A DNA stretch of 64,000 bases from Flavobacteriaceae bacterium. Its GTDB lineage: Bacteria; Bacteroidota; Bacteroidia; Flavobacteriales; Flavobacteriaceae. Numbering within the stretch: position 1 is the first letter of the stretch; every line of letters starts with the position of its first letter. The stretch spans positions 567,100 to 631,099 of the forward strand of contig OZ244911.1 of the NCBI GenBank assembly GCA_965221765.1, in the 5' to 3' direction. This document shows positions 50,647 to 59,928 of this stretch, one piece after another. The notes below the pieces were generated by a model that was not told the origin of the DNA, did no database searches, and saw nothing but the letters and a program-made list of their open reading frames with translations. A program made the position numbers and the translations under genes.

Positions 50647-52170
50647 TCAAGGGGTGTTTTCAAACCTTAGAAGTTCTTCAACATGTTGTCTAGAATTTGA
50701 TAATCTAGGCACCTTGTGTTGACCCCCTAGTTTATTTTTACTAGCCAACCAATCATAAAATAAATTTTCTCTAGCCATGTGAATCACTGGCAAGTCAACG
50801 GTGATGTTTTTATATCGTTTGGCTTGATAATCAGAATTTAAATTTTGCAAGGCTTGGTCTAAATCTATCGTAAATTGACTTAGATCTTTAGGAGGTGATT
50901 TAAATTCGATAATCCACTGATGGCTGCCCTTAGAACCACTATCCATATAGATGGGAGCCACGGTATAATCTGAAATTAAACTCTGGTGTTTTTTATTGAC
51001 TTGCTCTAATGCTTTTTCAGCATTATCAATAATCAATTCTTCGCCAAAAGCATTGATATGGCTTTTCGTTCTGCCAGTGACTTGAACCCGATAAGGACTC
51101 AATGAAGTAAACACGACAGTATCCCCTATTCGATAACGCCAAAGACCCGCATTGGTAGTAATCACCACTTCATATTGTAGACCCAATTCAACGCTATCAA
51201 TGGCCACAATTTTATTTTTGACTGCCTTTTTATCGACTCCTAAAGGAATAAATTCATAAAAAATACCATAATCTAACATCAACAGCAAATCATTTTCAAA
51301 ATTTCGGTCTTGAATAGCTAAGAATCCCTCAGAAGCATTATATATCTCATAGTATTTGAACTCGGCATCGGGAATCAATCGTTCAAATTGACTTTTATAG
51401 GGATTAAAACTAACCCCTCCATGAAAATATACTTCCAAATTTGGCCATACCTGCTTGATATGTTCTCTTTTAGTAAACTTTATAATCTCATTCAGAAGAG
51501 ATAACATCCATGAAGGGACTCCTGCCATTCCTGTGACCTTCTGTCTAACTGTTTTTTTAACGATTGCCTTGATTTTTGATTCCCATTCACTCATCAAAGA
51601 AACCGACTGATTGGGAGTACTGCTGAGTTTTGCCCAAAAAGGAAGATTATCGATAATGATAGCTGATAAATCGCCATAATAACTATTATGTTTATGATAT
51701 AATTCATGGCTTCCTCCTAATTTTAAATTTTTTCCAGCCAATAGTTGTGATTTTGGATTATTATGGAAATACAATGAAAGCATGTCTTTTCCCGCTTTAT
51801 AATGACAACTTTCTAAAGCTTGGGTGCTGACTGGAATATATTTGCTTTTATCATTAGTGGTCCCACTAGATTTTGCAAACCATTTGATGTGGGTAGGCCA
51901 AAAAATATTTTGTTCTCCTTGGCGACAACGATCGATAAGATGGGTGATTTGTTCGTATTCTACAATCGGAATGCGCTGTTTGAAAGTATCATAATTATCA
52001 ATAGAGGCAAAATCATATTGCTTTCCTAATTGGGTATTCGAAGCCACTTTTAATAATTCCAACATCAGTTCCATTTGGACTTCTACTGGATATTTTATAA
52101 ATAATTCAATTTGATGAATTCTCTTTTTTAATAACCATGAAGCAATCAAATGAAACCAAGGGTGTGGCAT
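50647..52170 (-). CDS. GH3-family (auxin-responsive-promoter-like) adenylate-forming enzyme
   Basis: 507 aa. N-terminal nucleotide-binding-like block WFAKSSGTTNDKSKYIP and the overall length and layout are typical of the bacterial GH3 proteins common in Bacteroidota. Confidence 0.7.
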   Translation of the reverse strand: MPHPWFHLIASWLLKKRIHQIELFIKYPVEVQMELMLELLKVASNTQLGKQYDFASIDNYDTFKQRIPIVEYEQITHLIDRCRQGEQNIFWPTHIKWFAKSSGTTNDKSKYIPVSTQALESCHYKAGKDMLSLYFHNNPKSQLLAGKNLKLGGSHELYHKHNSYYGDLSAIIIDNLPFWAKLSSTPNQSVSLMSEWESKIKAIVKKTVRQKVTGMAGVPSWMLSLLNEIIKFTKREHIKQVWPNLEVYFHGGVSFNPYKSQFERLIPDAEFKYYEIYNASEGFLAIQDRNFENDLLLMLDYGIFYEFIPLGVDKKAVKNKIVAIDSVELGLQYEVVITTNAGLWRYRIGDTVVFTSLSPYRVQVTGRTKSHINAFGEELIIDNAEKALEQVNKKHQSLISDYTVAPIYMDSGSKGSHQWIIEFKSPPKDLSQFTIDLDQALQNLNSDYQAKRYKNITVDLPVIHMARENLFYDWLASKNKLGGQHKVPRLSNSRQHVEELLRFENTP

Positions 52171-52219
52171 ACGGTTGATGTATCTTTGGGAGTAAAATTA
52201 GCAATTATAAAAGCCAAAA

Positions 52220-53053
52220 ATGATTCAAGGGGTATTAACCAAAATGCAATCTCAATACCACAAACAACGTCCCGTAGACTACTTTTTGGGGTTTAAAACT
52301 TCTTTTGTTCATCTTAATCAATTCATTGGTAAACACATTTCCATGATACCGCAAGGCTGTCAATGCTTGGGATGTGGTAACACCTTCACTCCATATGATG
52401 CCCCTTTTTTCTTTCGGAGAGGTTATTGTGGCAACTGCTTTTCTCAAAGACCCGAAATGGGGGATTGGGTAATTTCTCCGGAATTGAGTCAATCTCATTT
52501 AGGGATTGAAGATCGGGATTTGGCCTACGAAAAAAAATACCAACTCCAACCACACATCGTTTATTTGGCATCCACTAGCAAAATTAAAGTTGGCGTCACT
52601 CGTAAAGAAAATGCCATCACCCGGTGGATTGACCAAGGGGCAAGTCAAGCCATGGTTCTCATAGAAGTTCCCAATCGATATTTGGCTGGTATTACTGAGG
52701 TCTCACTCAAAGAATACTATGCCAGCGCGACCCCTTGGCGACAAATGCTCAAAGGAGACCATATCGAAGTAGACTGGGCTAAAGAACAGCTTCATGCCTT
52801 AAGGCTAGTCCCAAATCAAGTTAAAAAATATATCAAACCTACTGCAGAGCCTCATGCCATTCAAGTCCATTACCCAGTTAAAATAAAACCAACCAAGCCA
52901 AAGTCTTCTAGATTTGACTTTCATAAAACCAAACGACCTATTGAGGGTATTTTACAAGGTATTCGAGGGCAGTATTTGCTTTTTAATAACCAACAAGTAT
53001 TTAATGTTCGACGGCATGAAGGATTTCAGGTCAAGATTGATATTAAAAGTTAA
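52220..53053 (+). CDS. DUF2797-like protein with a four-Cys zinc-ribbon-like N-terminus
   Basis: CQCLGCGN ... GYCGNCF cysteine pairs. Divergent from the GH3 gene across a 49-bp spacer, a pairing I recall as conserved in Bacteroidota. Confidence 0.55.
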   Translation: MIQGVLTKMQSQYHKQRPVDYFLGFKTSFVHLNQFIGKHISMIPQGCQCLGCGNTFTPYDAPFFFRRGYCGNCFSQRPEMGDWVISPELSQSHLGIEDRDLAYEKKYQLQPHIVYLASTSKIKVGVTRKENAITRWIDQGASQAMVLIEVPNRYLAGITEVSLKEYYASATPWRQMLKGDHIEVDWAKEQLHALRLVPNQVKKYIKPTAEPHAIQVHYPVKIKPTKPKSSRFDFHKTKRPIEGILQGIRGQYLLFNNQQVFNVRRHEGFQVKIDIKS

Positions 53054-53135
53054 TCCTAGATTGGTAAACAAAACAAATCCATATAAAGTTTATTTGATGG
53101 CTCCATGTTCTTGAAATAACTTTGGAAAGCATCCA

Positions 53136-56100
53136 TCATTCTTTAGGAAATAATGATTCATCAAATGTTTTGATTAGCCCCCCTTCATGGGGTTCTTCAA
53201 TCGAAATTACTTGATAGTTTTGACCTTCAATAGCTCTTCTTGAAGAGACACCAGTAATTAAATTCAGAGCTCTTTTTACCAAAAGATCCTCGGCATCTCC
53301 CAATGGTTTTAGTTCTACTAAATTCTCTTTGATTTTATTGAAACTTGAAGGCGTAAACCCATCATATCCATAAGATTCACCTGAAGAATTGGTCACGGAT
53401 GATATCACAACATTTAAAACAAAGTTGTGATCCGTATTGAGATCTCCCGATATTCTATGATAATTTCTCGGCGAATCATTATGGTCAAATAAGTACAATG
53501 TTGCCAAATGCTTACCAACTGTTTGTTCGCCAATGACTGTCACATTCACATAAGGGGATATTCCACTGATGACAACTTCACTCGCTGAGGCCGTTCTACT
53601 ACTAGTAAGAACATAGACATTTGAAACATTCAATTTATTGACAGGCACTGTTTTAGATGAGTCTAAATAATCGATAAAATACTGTTTTTGAGACCCACCA
53701 TTAATATTAGAGTTATACTTTGATTGGATAAATACACTTGAAGAACTTTGTCCTGAAATCATTGATGCCAAAGCAACTGCAGTCGATAGATATCCACCTC
53801 CATTATACCTTAAATCCAATATCAAATCCGTAATCGGTTCATCGGCAAATGTTTTAAACACCGTATTTAAACCAGAAACCTCTTGATGAAATTGATAGTA
53901 GGCTAGATACCCGATCTTCTTAGATCCTTTTGAGATGATAGAATGAGCCATGATTGGATTTCTAATTACTCGTAATTGTTTAGAAATGCTGACGGTTCGA
54001 TTCAAATCGACTACTTCAACCGGATTATCCAAATCGACACTAAGTCTCAAGTCCACCATTTTTAGGCTTAGGGTATTGGCGTTTAATAACCGATGGTAAT
54101 TGCTAAGAGTGAGTCGCGTGCCATTGACATGAGAAAAAAAATCACCTCTTGAAACTTTTCCATCGGCAGGCGTTCCAGGAAAAGCAAACTGCACAACACC
54201 AACTAAATTAGAAGAATTACTAGAATACCTTAATAGTTGAAATAGTAGCCCATTGTCAAATCTTGCTGCAGAATGCACACTAGCGATATTGCTTACAGTT
54301 GTTGAATAACTATAAAGATCTCCGCCTCTTTGACCTCTTTTATACAATAAATCGCTAAAAAACCGACTATGATTTGAATTTTGTTTAATAAATCGTTTAT
54401 AATCATCCTCAGGATTAGCTTTTGAATCAGCCAAATTTGGAACATCTCCTTGCCATAAATAATAATGATTCAAGGCCTTCCATACAAAATCACTTCTCTC
54501 ATAGGTTGAAGACTCTAAATCGATATTGACCGGTGGTGGGGGTTTGATTGTGATCTCATATTCGATTTCAAAAACATGATTATCATACGTGACTTTTAAA
54601 ATGATTGTTGCGGTTCCTTTAGATTTTGGAATGATTTGTCCCGTACTAGGATCAACGGTTAGTATTGATGATTTATTGGAGTCTTTTAAACGCCAGCTAT
54701 AAGAATCCGCATTGGTGAAAATATCTTGCTCATTTTTAAAATTAAAAGTCAAGCTAGGACTGGATCCTCCCAAAATCACTTCATCATTAGAAGGTTTTCC
54801 GGTGATGGTTAATTCACGAACCTTTATTTCTAAAGAATCTTCAAATGTCAAGCCACCATAGGTTGCCGAAAGCTTGACTTGATAAGTCCCTACAGCATTG
54901 GCTCTAAAGATTCCACTAGAATTTGCCTTGGTCCATCCAATACTTTTGGGCGTTAAATCACTGCCCCCATCATCGCCATTGGTAAATGAATATCCTAATA
55001 AGACATCCTCTCCCACCAAGATTCCCTCGGTAATTTCATTGAGCCTCAGGGTGGGCTGAACAATAGTTATGGCAACAGAAGTGGCTTGAATGTTTTGATT
55101 ATTATAGATGGCTTGGGCAGAAATATTGGCAGTTCCTTTAGATAATGGGGATAATATGCCATTATTAATGTTGGCAACGGATTTATCATCACTAGTCCAT
55201 GTAATTTTATACTCGGATTCACTGACTATCTCTCCATATTCATTCCGTAATGTGGCTGATAGCGGTTGGTTCGCCGTACCATTTTGGGGAATAATGATGT
55301 TTTGATTAAAGGAATCCATACCAAAGGTAATATCCGTCATTACTGAAGTAGTAATTGTGGTTGTATAATCTGCTCCTTTGTAGTTAAAACGAGCATTGAT
55401 GCGTTTGTCTTTTCCAGGCTTGTTTACTTTGAGTTTCCCTCCTATAAATTCAAAAAAATCAGAACTCCATGAAACTGTGGGGTTTGATGTCGTTGCTTTT
55501 TCATTAGTGAAGCGGACTCCCAAGGTATGGTCGGCTTGCCCCACTTTTAAATCTGGAATATCTTGTATGGTGAATGAAATCACTTCTATCAAACTAGATT
55601 GCTGATATACTTGACCTTTAAACACGGTTTTTACGACTACAGAAGTTGACCCTGCAGATACTGGACTGATTTGACCTTGATGATTGATTATTACAACGTC
55701 TGTATCATAATTCTCATAGGAAATAATTTGACTATTGGTACGATTTGAACTAAATTGATCTGTAAATATTGGATTCAAATCATGCGTATCTCGGTTCAGT
55801 TGCAAAGGGATGTTGGGGCTTGTAATCGTCAATTCAGGTTCTACTTCAACCAAGATGGAGATTTGTTCAGTTAGGCCTTGAACCGTTACTGATATGGTTG
55901 TGCGTCCAGGTGAAATAGCCGTTAACAGATTTAGTTTTTCATTAAAACTTACCACATTCGAATTGCCGATAGACCAAGTCCCATGGGGTTGAGGAGAACT
56001 CGGTTGACCTGTTTGATCTCTATACGTGAAATAAAGGGGAATGCTTTTGCCTTGAAGCAATGTTTGGCTTGATTGAGTAAGTTCTAATTCAGGTTCCACC

Positions 56101-58379
56101 TCCATTTTGACTAAAATCGTATGGGAAGCTACGGGCCCTTGATTTCCGATTTGAACCGTGATGGTCACCTCCCCTTCATGGACGACGGTTAGTATTCCAT
56201 CTTTATCGATTTTTAATTTGTCTTCATCATCACTAGTCCAAATGATATTAGATGGTACTCTTCGATTTCCATCTTCATCGGTATATTTAATTTGCAGTTG
56301 GATGGGATCTGTTTGTAATGTGGATATTTCATTTGGTGGATTGACAATCTCTACCTTTGATTCTTGTTTAACAATCATTGCCCATTCATTTTGAGCCAAT
56401 AACATCCCATTTTGATAAGCCGAGACCGTAATTTTGACTTGATCGGGTTTTAAAGGGGTCATCATCCCACTAGAATCAATTTCTAAGGCTTCAGAATTAC
56501 TACTTTCCCATTCAACCGCCTCTAGCGTCACCGTATTTCCTTTCTCATCAATAAAACGATATCCTAATTGAATTGGCCCTTGTGTGGTTCGAATGACCTC
56601 TATGGGGGTTTCATTTGGAAATTCAAAATGAATGACTGGATTTTGCTCCACGATGATTTCTTGAGTTTTTCTCATATAATCTTTCCCATCATCAGAAATT
56701 ATTAACGTCAAATAGACCGATCCTGGTTTATTCAACGTGAAATTGCCTTGACAATCAATAATTAAAACCTCCGTATTGCTACTTTTCCAACAAAAAGAAT
56801 CGGGTATTTCTTCAAAGCCCTTTTCATTGGTAAATTCAAAGTCTCCAATTTGCATCGGCTTGCTCCCATCAATTCTAAGATGGTGAGCAATAGAGGGTAC
56901 TACCACGACTGCTTGTTGACTGATTTCAATTTCTATTTGATCTTTATATTGTTTTCCTTTAAAATCAAAAGTGACCGAAACCGTAACAATCCCTACTTTT
57001 TGGGGCATTAATTTCCCCGTGGTTTGTTCAATTTCTAAAATCTCTTGGTCATTACTTTTCCATTGAATACGCCCTACACTCGCATCAATTACCTGACCCA
57101 TGGCATCAATATATTGAACTTTTAACGGATTTAAATTTTGGTTTTCAATTTTTATCTCGGTATTGGTATTGATAATCTCCAAGGAAGGTTCTTGAATAAT
57201 TTCAATTTCAATCTCTTCTGAATATGGTACTCCATCCAGTTCAAAGACCACCCTTATGACGGCTATTCCAGGTTTTATAGGATTTAAATGTCCATGATCC
57301 GAAACAATTTCTAAAATCTCTCGATGGCGACTCTCCCACAGAATCTTGCCATTATTAGGATCGATATTTTGACCTTTTTGATTGATAAACTCAATAGATA
57401 ACGGGATTAAATCTTTATTTCCAATTTTCACCGCTGAATTAGAATTGATAATTTCTAAGACGGGTTCTTGTAGAACTTCAATTTCGATTTCTTTTGAATA
57501 TTGTTCTTCATCGATTTCAAAGATTACTTTCACAATGACTGTTCCTGGTTTTATTGGATTTAACTGACCTGTTTGAGAATCAATGATTAAAATTTCTTGG
57601 TCGCTACTCTCCCATCGTATTGTACTGGTATTGGTATCAATCGATTGCCCTTTTTTATTAATATACTGAACTCTTAAAGGTTCTATCCCCTTACTCTCTA
57701 TTTTTATCTCGGTATTGGGATTGATGATTTCCAAGGAGGGTTCTTGGATGACTTCAACTTCAATAGAAGATTGATAATCTTTATTTTCATGCGTTACCGT
57801 CAAATAGACCTTTGTTGTTCCAGGCTTTAAGGGCTGAATAACTCCGTTCTCATTGATGCTGAGAATAGGTTCTTCTGTCGAATCCACATTCCAAATGATC
57901 TTTGAGGGCGTCAATTTGGTATTGATTTGATCAACTAGTTGAAAACTCAGTATTGTTGGAATCGGGGCCCCAATCAAAACTGGCAAATCGCCAGTGCTAC
58001 TAATGTTTAAGAAGCCTTCAATGAGAACACTAGCGGTAAATTCTTGTTTTAGGATTGCCCCATAATGAGTAATAACACTCGCAGTAATGACTGCCGTTCC
58101 TGGTTTTAGAGGGGTTAATTTTCCCGATTGGGCATCAACCGAAATAACCAAGGGATTAGAACTCACCCAAGTTATAGCCCTTTGGGTATTGATTTTTCCT
58201 GTCTGGTCATAATACTGAACCTGTAAGATTGGTGATTGACCAATATTTAAAACCTGTTCTTTAGGTGATATGGCCCTTAATTCTGAATCAATGATTGGAA
58301 TCTCTTCTTCTTGACAAGCAAAAATCAAAAAGACAAAAAATACCGTTGTAAAAACAAAATTTAATCGCCAACCAATCAA
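53136..58379 (-). CDS. Giant lipoprotein: a long array of Big_2-type Ig-like domains fused to a C-terminal S41 (tail-specific protease-like) peptidase domain
   Basis: Lipobox FLIFAC. Recurrent Big_2 signature (W.SS...V..ID..G.L.P.KPG...I). S41 motifs LDLRYNGGGYL, catalytic-Ser block TSSRTASASEVVISG, and Lys block GEQTVGK. 1747 aa. TTG start. Confidence 0.8.
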   Translation of the reverse strand: MIGWRLNFVFTTVFFVFLIFACQEEEIPIIDSELRAISPKEQVLNIGQSPILQVQYYDQTGKINTQRAITWVSSNPLVISVDAQSGKLTPLKPGTAVITASVITHYGAILKQEFTASVLIEGFLNISSTGDLPVLIGAPIPTILSFQLVDQINTKLTPSKIIWNVDSTEEPILSINENGVIQPLKPGTTKVYLTVTHENKDYQSSIEVEVIQEPSLEIINPNTEIKIESKGIEPLRVQYINKKGQSIDTNTSTIRWESSDQEILIIDSQTGQLNPIKPGTVIVKVIFEIDEEQYSKEIEIEVLQEPVLEIINSNSAVKIGNKDLIPLSIEFINQKGQNIDPNNGKILWESRHREILEIVSDHGHLNPIKPGIAVIRVVFELDGVPYSEEIEIEIIQEPSLEIINTNTEIKIENQNLNPLKVQYIDAMGQVIDASVGRIQWKSNDQEILEIEQTTGKLMPQKVGIVTVSVTFDFKGKQYKDQIEIEISQQAVVVVPSIAHHLRIDGSKPMQIGDFEFTNEKGFEEIPDSFCWKSSNTEVLIIDCQGNFTLNKPGSVYLTLIISDDGKDYMRKTQEIIVEQNPVIHFEFPNETPIEVIRTTQGPIQLGYRFIDEKGNTVTLEAVEWESSNSEALEIDSSGMMTPLKPDQVKITVSAYQNGMLLAQNEWAMIVKQESKVEIVNPPNEISTLQTDPIQLQIKYTDEDGNRRVPSNIIWTSDDEDKLKIDKDGILTVVHEGEVTITVQIGNQGPVASHTILVKMEVEPELELTQSSQTLLQGKSIPLYFTYRDQTGQPSSPQPHGTWSIGNSNVVSFNEKLNLLTAISPGRTTISVTVQGLTEQISILVEVEPELTITSPNIPLQLNRDTHDLNPIFTDQFSSNRTNSQIISYENYDTDVVIINHQGQISPVSAGSTSVVVKTVFKGQVYQQSSLIEVISFTIQDIPDLKVGQADHTLGVRFTNEKATTSNPTVSWSSDFFEFIGGKLKVNKPGKDKRINARFNYKGADYTTTITTSVMTDITFGMDSFNQNIIIPQNGTANQPLSATLRNEYGEIVSESEYKITWTSDDKSVANINNGILSPLSKGTANISAQAIYNNQNIQATSVAITIVQPTLRLNEITEGILVGEDVLLGYSFTNGDDGGSDLTPKSIGWTKANSSGIFRANAVGTYQVKLSATYGGLTFEDSLEIKVRELTITGKPSNDEVILGGSSPSLTFNFKNEQDIFTNADSYSWRLKDSNKSSILTVDPSTGQIIPKSKGTATIILKVTYDNHVFEIEYEITIKPPPPVNIDLESSTYERSDFVWKALNHYYLWQGDVPNLADSKANPEDDYKRFIKQNSNHSRFFSDLLYKRGQRGGDLYSYSTTVSNIASVHSAARFDNGLLFQLLRYSSNSSNLVGVVQFAFPGTPADGKVSRGDFFSHVNGTRLTLSNYHRLLNANTLSLKMVDLRLSVDLDNPVEVVDLNRTVSISKQLRVIRNPIMAHSIISKGSKKIGYLAYYQFHQEVSGLNTVFKTFADEPITDLILDLRYNGGGYLSTAVALASMISGQSSSSVFIQSKYNSNINGGSQKQYFIDYLDSSKTVPVNKLNVSNVYVLTSSRTASASEVVISGISPYVNVTVIGEQTVGKHLATLYLFDHNDSPRNYHRISGDLNTDHNFVLNVVISSVTNSSGESYGYDGFTPSSFNKIKENLVELKPLGDAEDLLVKRALNLITGVSSRRAIEGQNYQVISIEEPHEGGLIKTFDESLFPKE
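56913..57761 (-). repeat. Three consecutive ~92-aa highly similar Big_2 modules inside the giant peptidase gene
   Basis: Units begin EVEVIQEPSLEIINPNTEIKIE (aa 207), EIEVLQEPVLEIINSNSAVKIG (aa 298) and EIEIIQEPSLEIINTNTEIKIE (aa 391). Confidence 0.8.
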
Positions 58380-58504
58380 AACACCATCGCTTTGAATGCT
58401 GCAAAGATATGAGATTTAATCCCTAAAAGGCGTTTAAACCAAACGTTATTGAAGAATGAAATTCTTTTTAATGCGCTCCTTTGGTTTCGTATTTTCTGTC
58501 AATT

Positions 58505-59215
58505 TTATTCGAAAAATGGCTGCATGTCAATTGGCGTCAATTTTCGATATTTTCCCAATGGCATATCCAGTATAATATGATGAATTCTGACTCTCTGTAG
58601 AAAAATCACTCGATATTCTAAAAATTGGCACATTCTTCGAATTTGTCGATTGAGCCCTTGCTTTAAAATGATTCGAAACGCCATATTCGACAGTTGTTCT
58701 ACACGACATTGTTGGGTAGTGGTATTCAAAATGGGTACGCCGCTTGACATTTTTTTGATAAACTCTGAGCTGATGGGTCGATGGACTCTAACGAGATATT
58801 CTTTTTCGATTTGATGTTGTGTTCTAAGGATTTTATTGACCACCGATCCATCATCGGTCAACAGAATTAATCCTTGGCTATTTTTATCCAATCGACCGAT
58901 GGGAAAAATTCGTTTGGGATAGTTGATATAATCGATGATATTGTATTTTTCTTTTTCAGAATCGGTGGTAGATATAATTCCTTTGGGCTTATTAAAAGCT
59001 AAATAGGTATTTATTTTCGGCTTGGACTTTATAAGGGTACTATCGAGAAAAATCTTATCCGTTGGCAAAACCTTTTGGCCCAGGAATGCTTTTCTCCCAT
59101 TGACCATCACCCGACCTTGTTGGATCAATTGATCTGCTTTTCTTCGAGAACATCCCCCATACTGACTGAGAAATCTATTGAGACGAATCGCCTCTTGGGC
59201 TATGGTATTTTTCAA
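58505..59215 (-). CDS. rRNA pseudouridine synthase, RsuA/RluB/RluF family
   Basis: N-terminal S4 domain (RLNRFLSQYGGCSRRKADQLIQQGRVMVNG) and the catalytic Asp motif GRLDKNSQGLILLTDDG. Confidence 0.85.
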   Translation of the reverse strand: MKNTIAQEAIRLNRFLSQYGGCSRRKADQLIQQGRVMVNGRKAFLGQKVLPTDKIFLDSTLIKSKPKINTYLAFNKPKGIISTTDSEKEKYNIIDYINYPKRIFPIGRLDKNSQGLILLTDDGSVVNKILRTQHQIEKEYLVRVHRPISSEFIKKMSSGVPILNTTTQQCRVEQLSNMAFRIILKQGLNRQIRRMCQFLEYRVIFLQRVRIHHIILDMPLGKYRKLTPIDMQPFFE

Positions 59216-59217
59216 AA

Positions 59218-59928
59218 TTATATTTCAATAATCTCTTGTCTTCCCAAACCATAACGTTTGCGATACCACATCACGATGAGATAGATTATCGGCGTATCCA
59301 CCATAGCGATGATGACTTTAAAAATAAAACCTGAAAGAATCAGTCCCCAGGCCATGGACCAAGGCAAAATACCAAAGACAGCAAATAAGGAAATGACTAC
59401 GGTGGTATCAACAAATTGTGAAGTGACGGTTGAAAAGTTATTTCGAAGCCATAAAAAGCGGCCTTTGGTTAATTTTTTCAAAAAATGATATAAATTAATG
59501 TCCAACGTCTGGGCTAAAAAATAGGCCGTCATCGAACCAATAATCGCTAATGGCGTAGCGGCAAACACTCTTGAAAACGTATCATTATCGATTGGTGAAT
59601 CCGCCATGATGGGCAATCCCAATGATATATAAATGATGAGTAATGAAAATATGGAAGCAAAGATGCCCGCCAAAACCATTTCAGACGCTTTTTTCTTTCC
59701 ATAAATTTCAGAGATTACATCTGTAATCAAAAAGGTTATCGGATAGGGTAAAATCCCGACTGATAATTCAAATAGGCGAACCCCTGCGATATGAATTTCA
59801 AAAGGAAAAGGGTACCAATAAAAAAATTTTTGAATAATCAAATTAGAAACCACCAAAGAGCAGATAAACAATCCAGTGAAATATAGATAAATTCGAAAGT
59901 GAAATGTTCGATTAATAGGTTTTTTCAT
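59218..59928 (-). CDS. YhhQ/DUF165 (VUT) family queuosine-precursor transporter-like membrane protein
   Basis: Six-TM protein with the conserved LRNNFSTVTSQFVDTTVV block. Confidence 0.7.
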   Translation of the reverse strand: MKKPINRTFHFRIYLYFTGLFICSLVVSNLIIQKFFYWYPFPFEIHIAGVRLFELSVGILPYPITFLITDVISEIYGKKKASEMVLAGIFASIFSLLIIYISLGLPIMADSPIDNDTFSRVFAATPLAIIGSMTAYFLAQTLDINLYHFLKKLTKGRFLWLRNNFSTVTSQFVDTTVVISLFAVFGILPWSMAWGLILSGFIFKVIIAMVDTPIIYLIVMWYRKRYGLGRQEIIEI

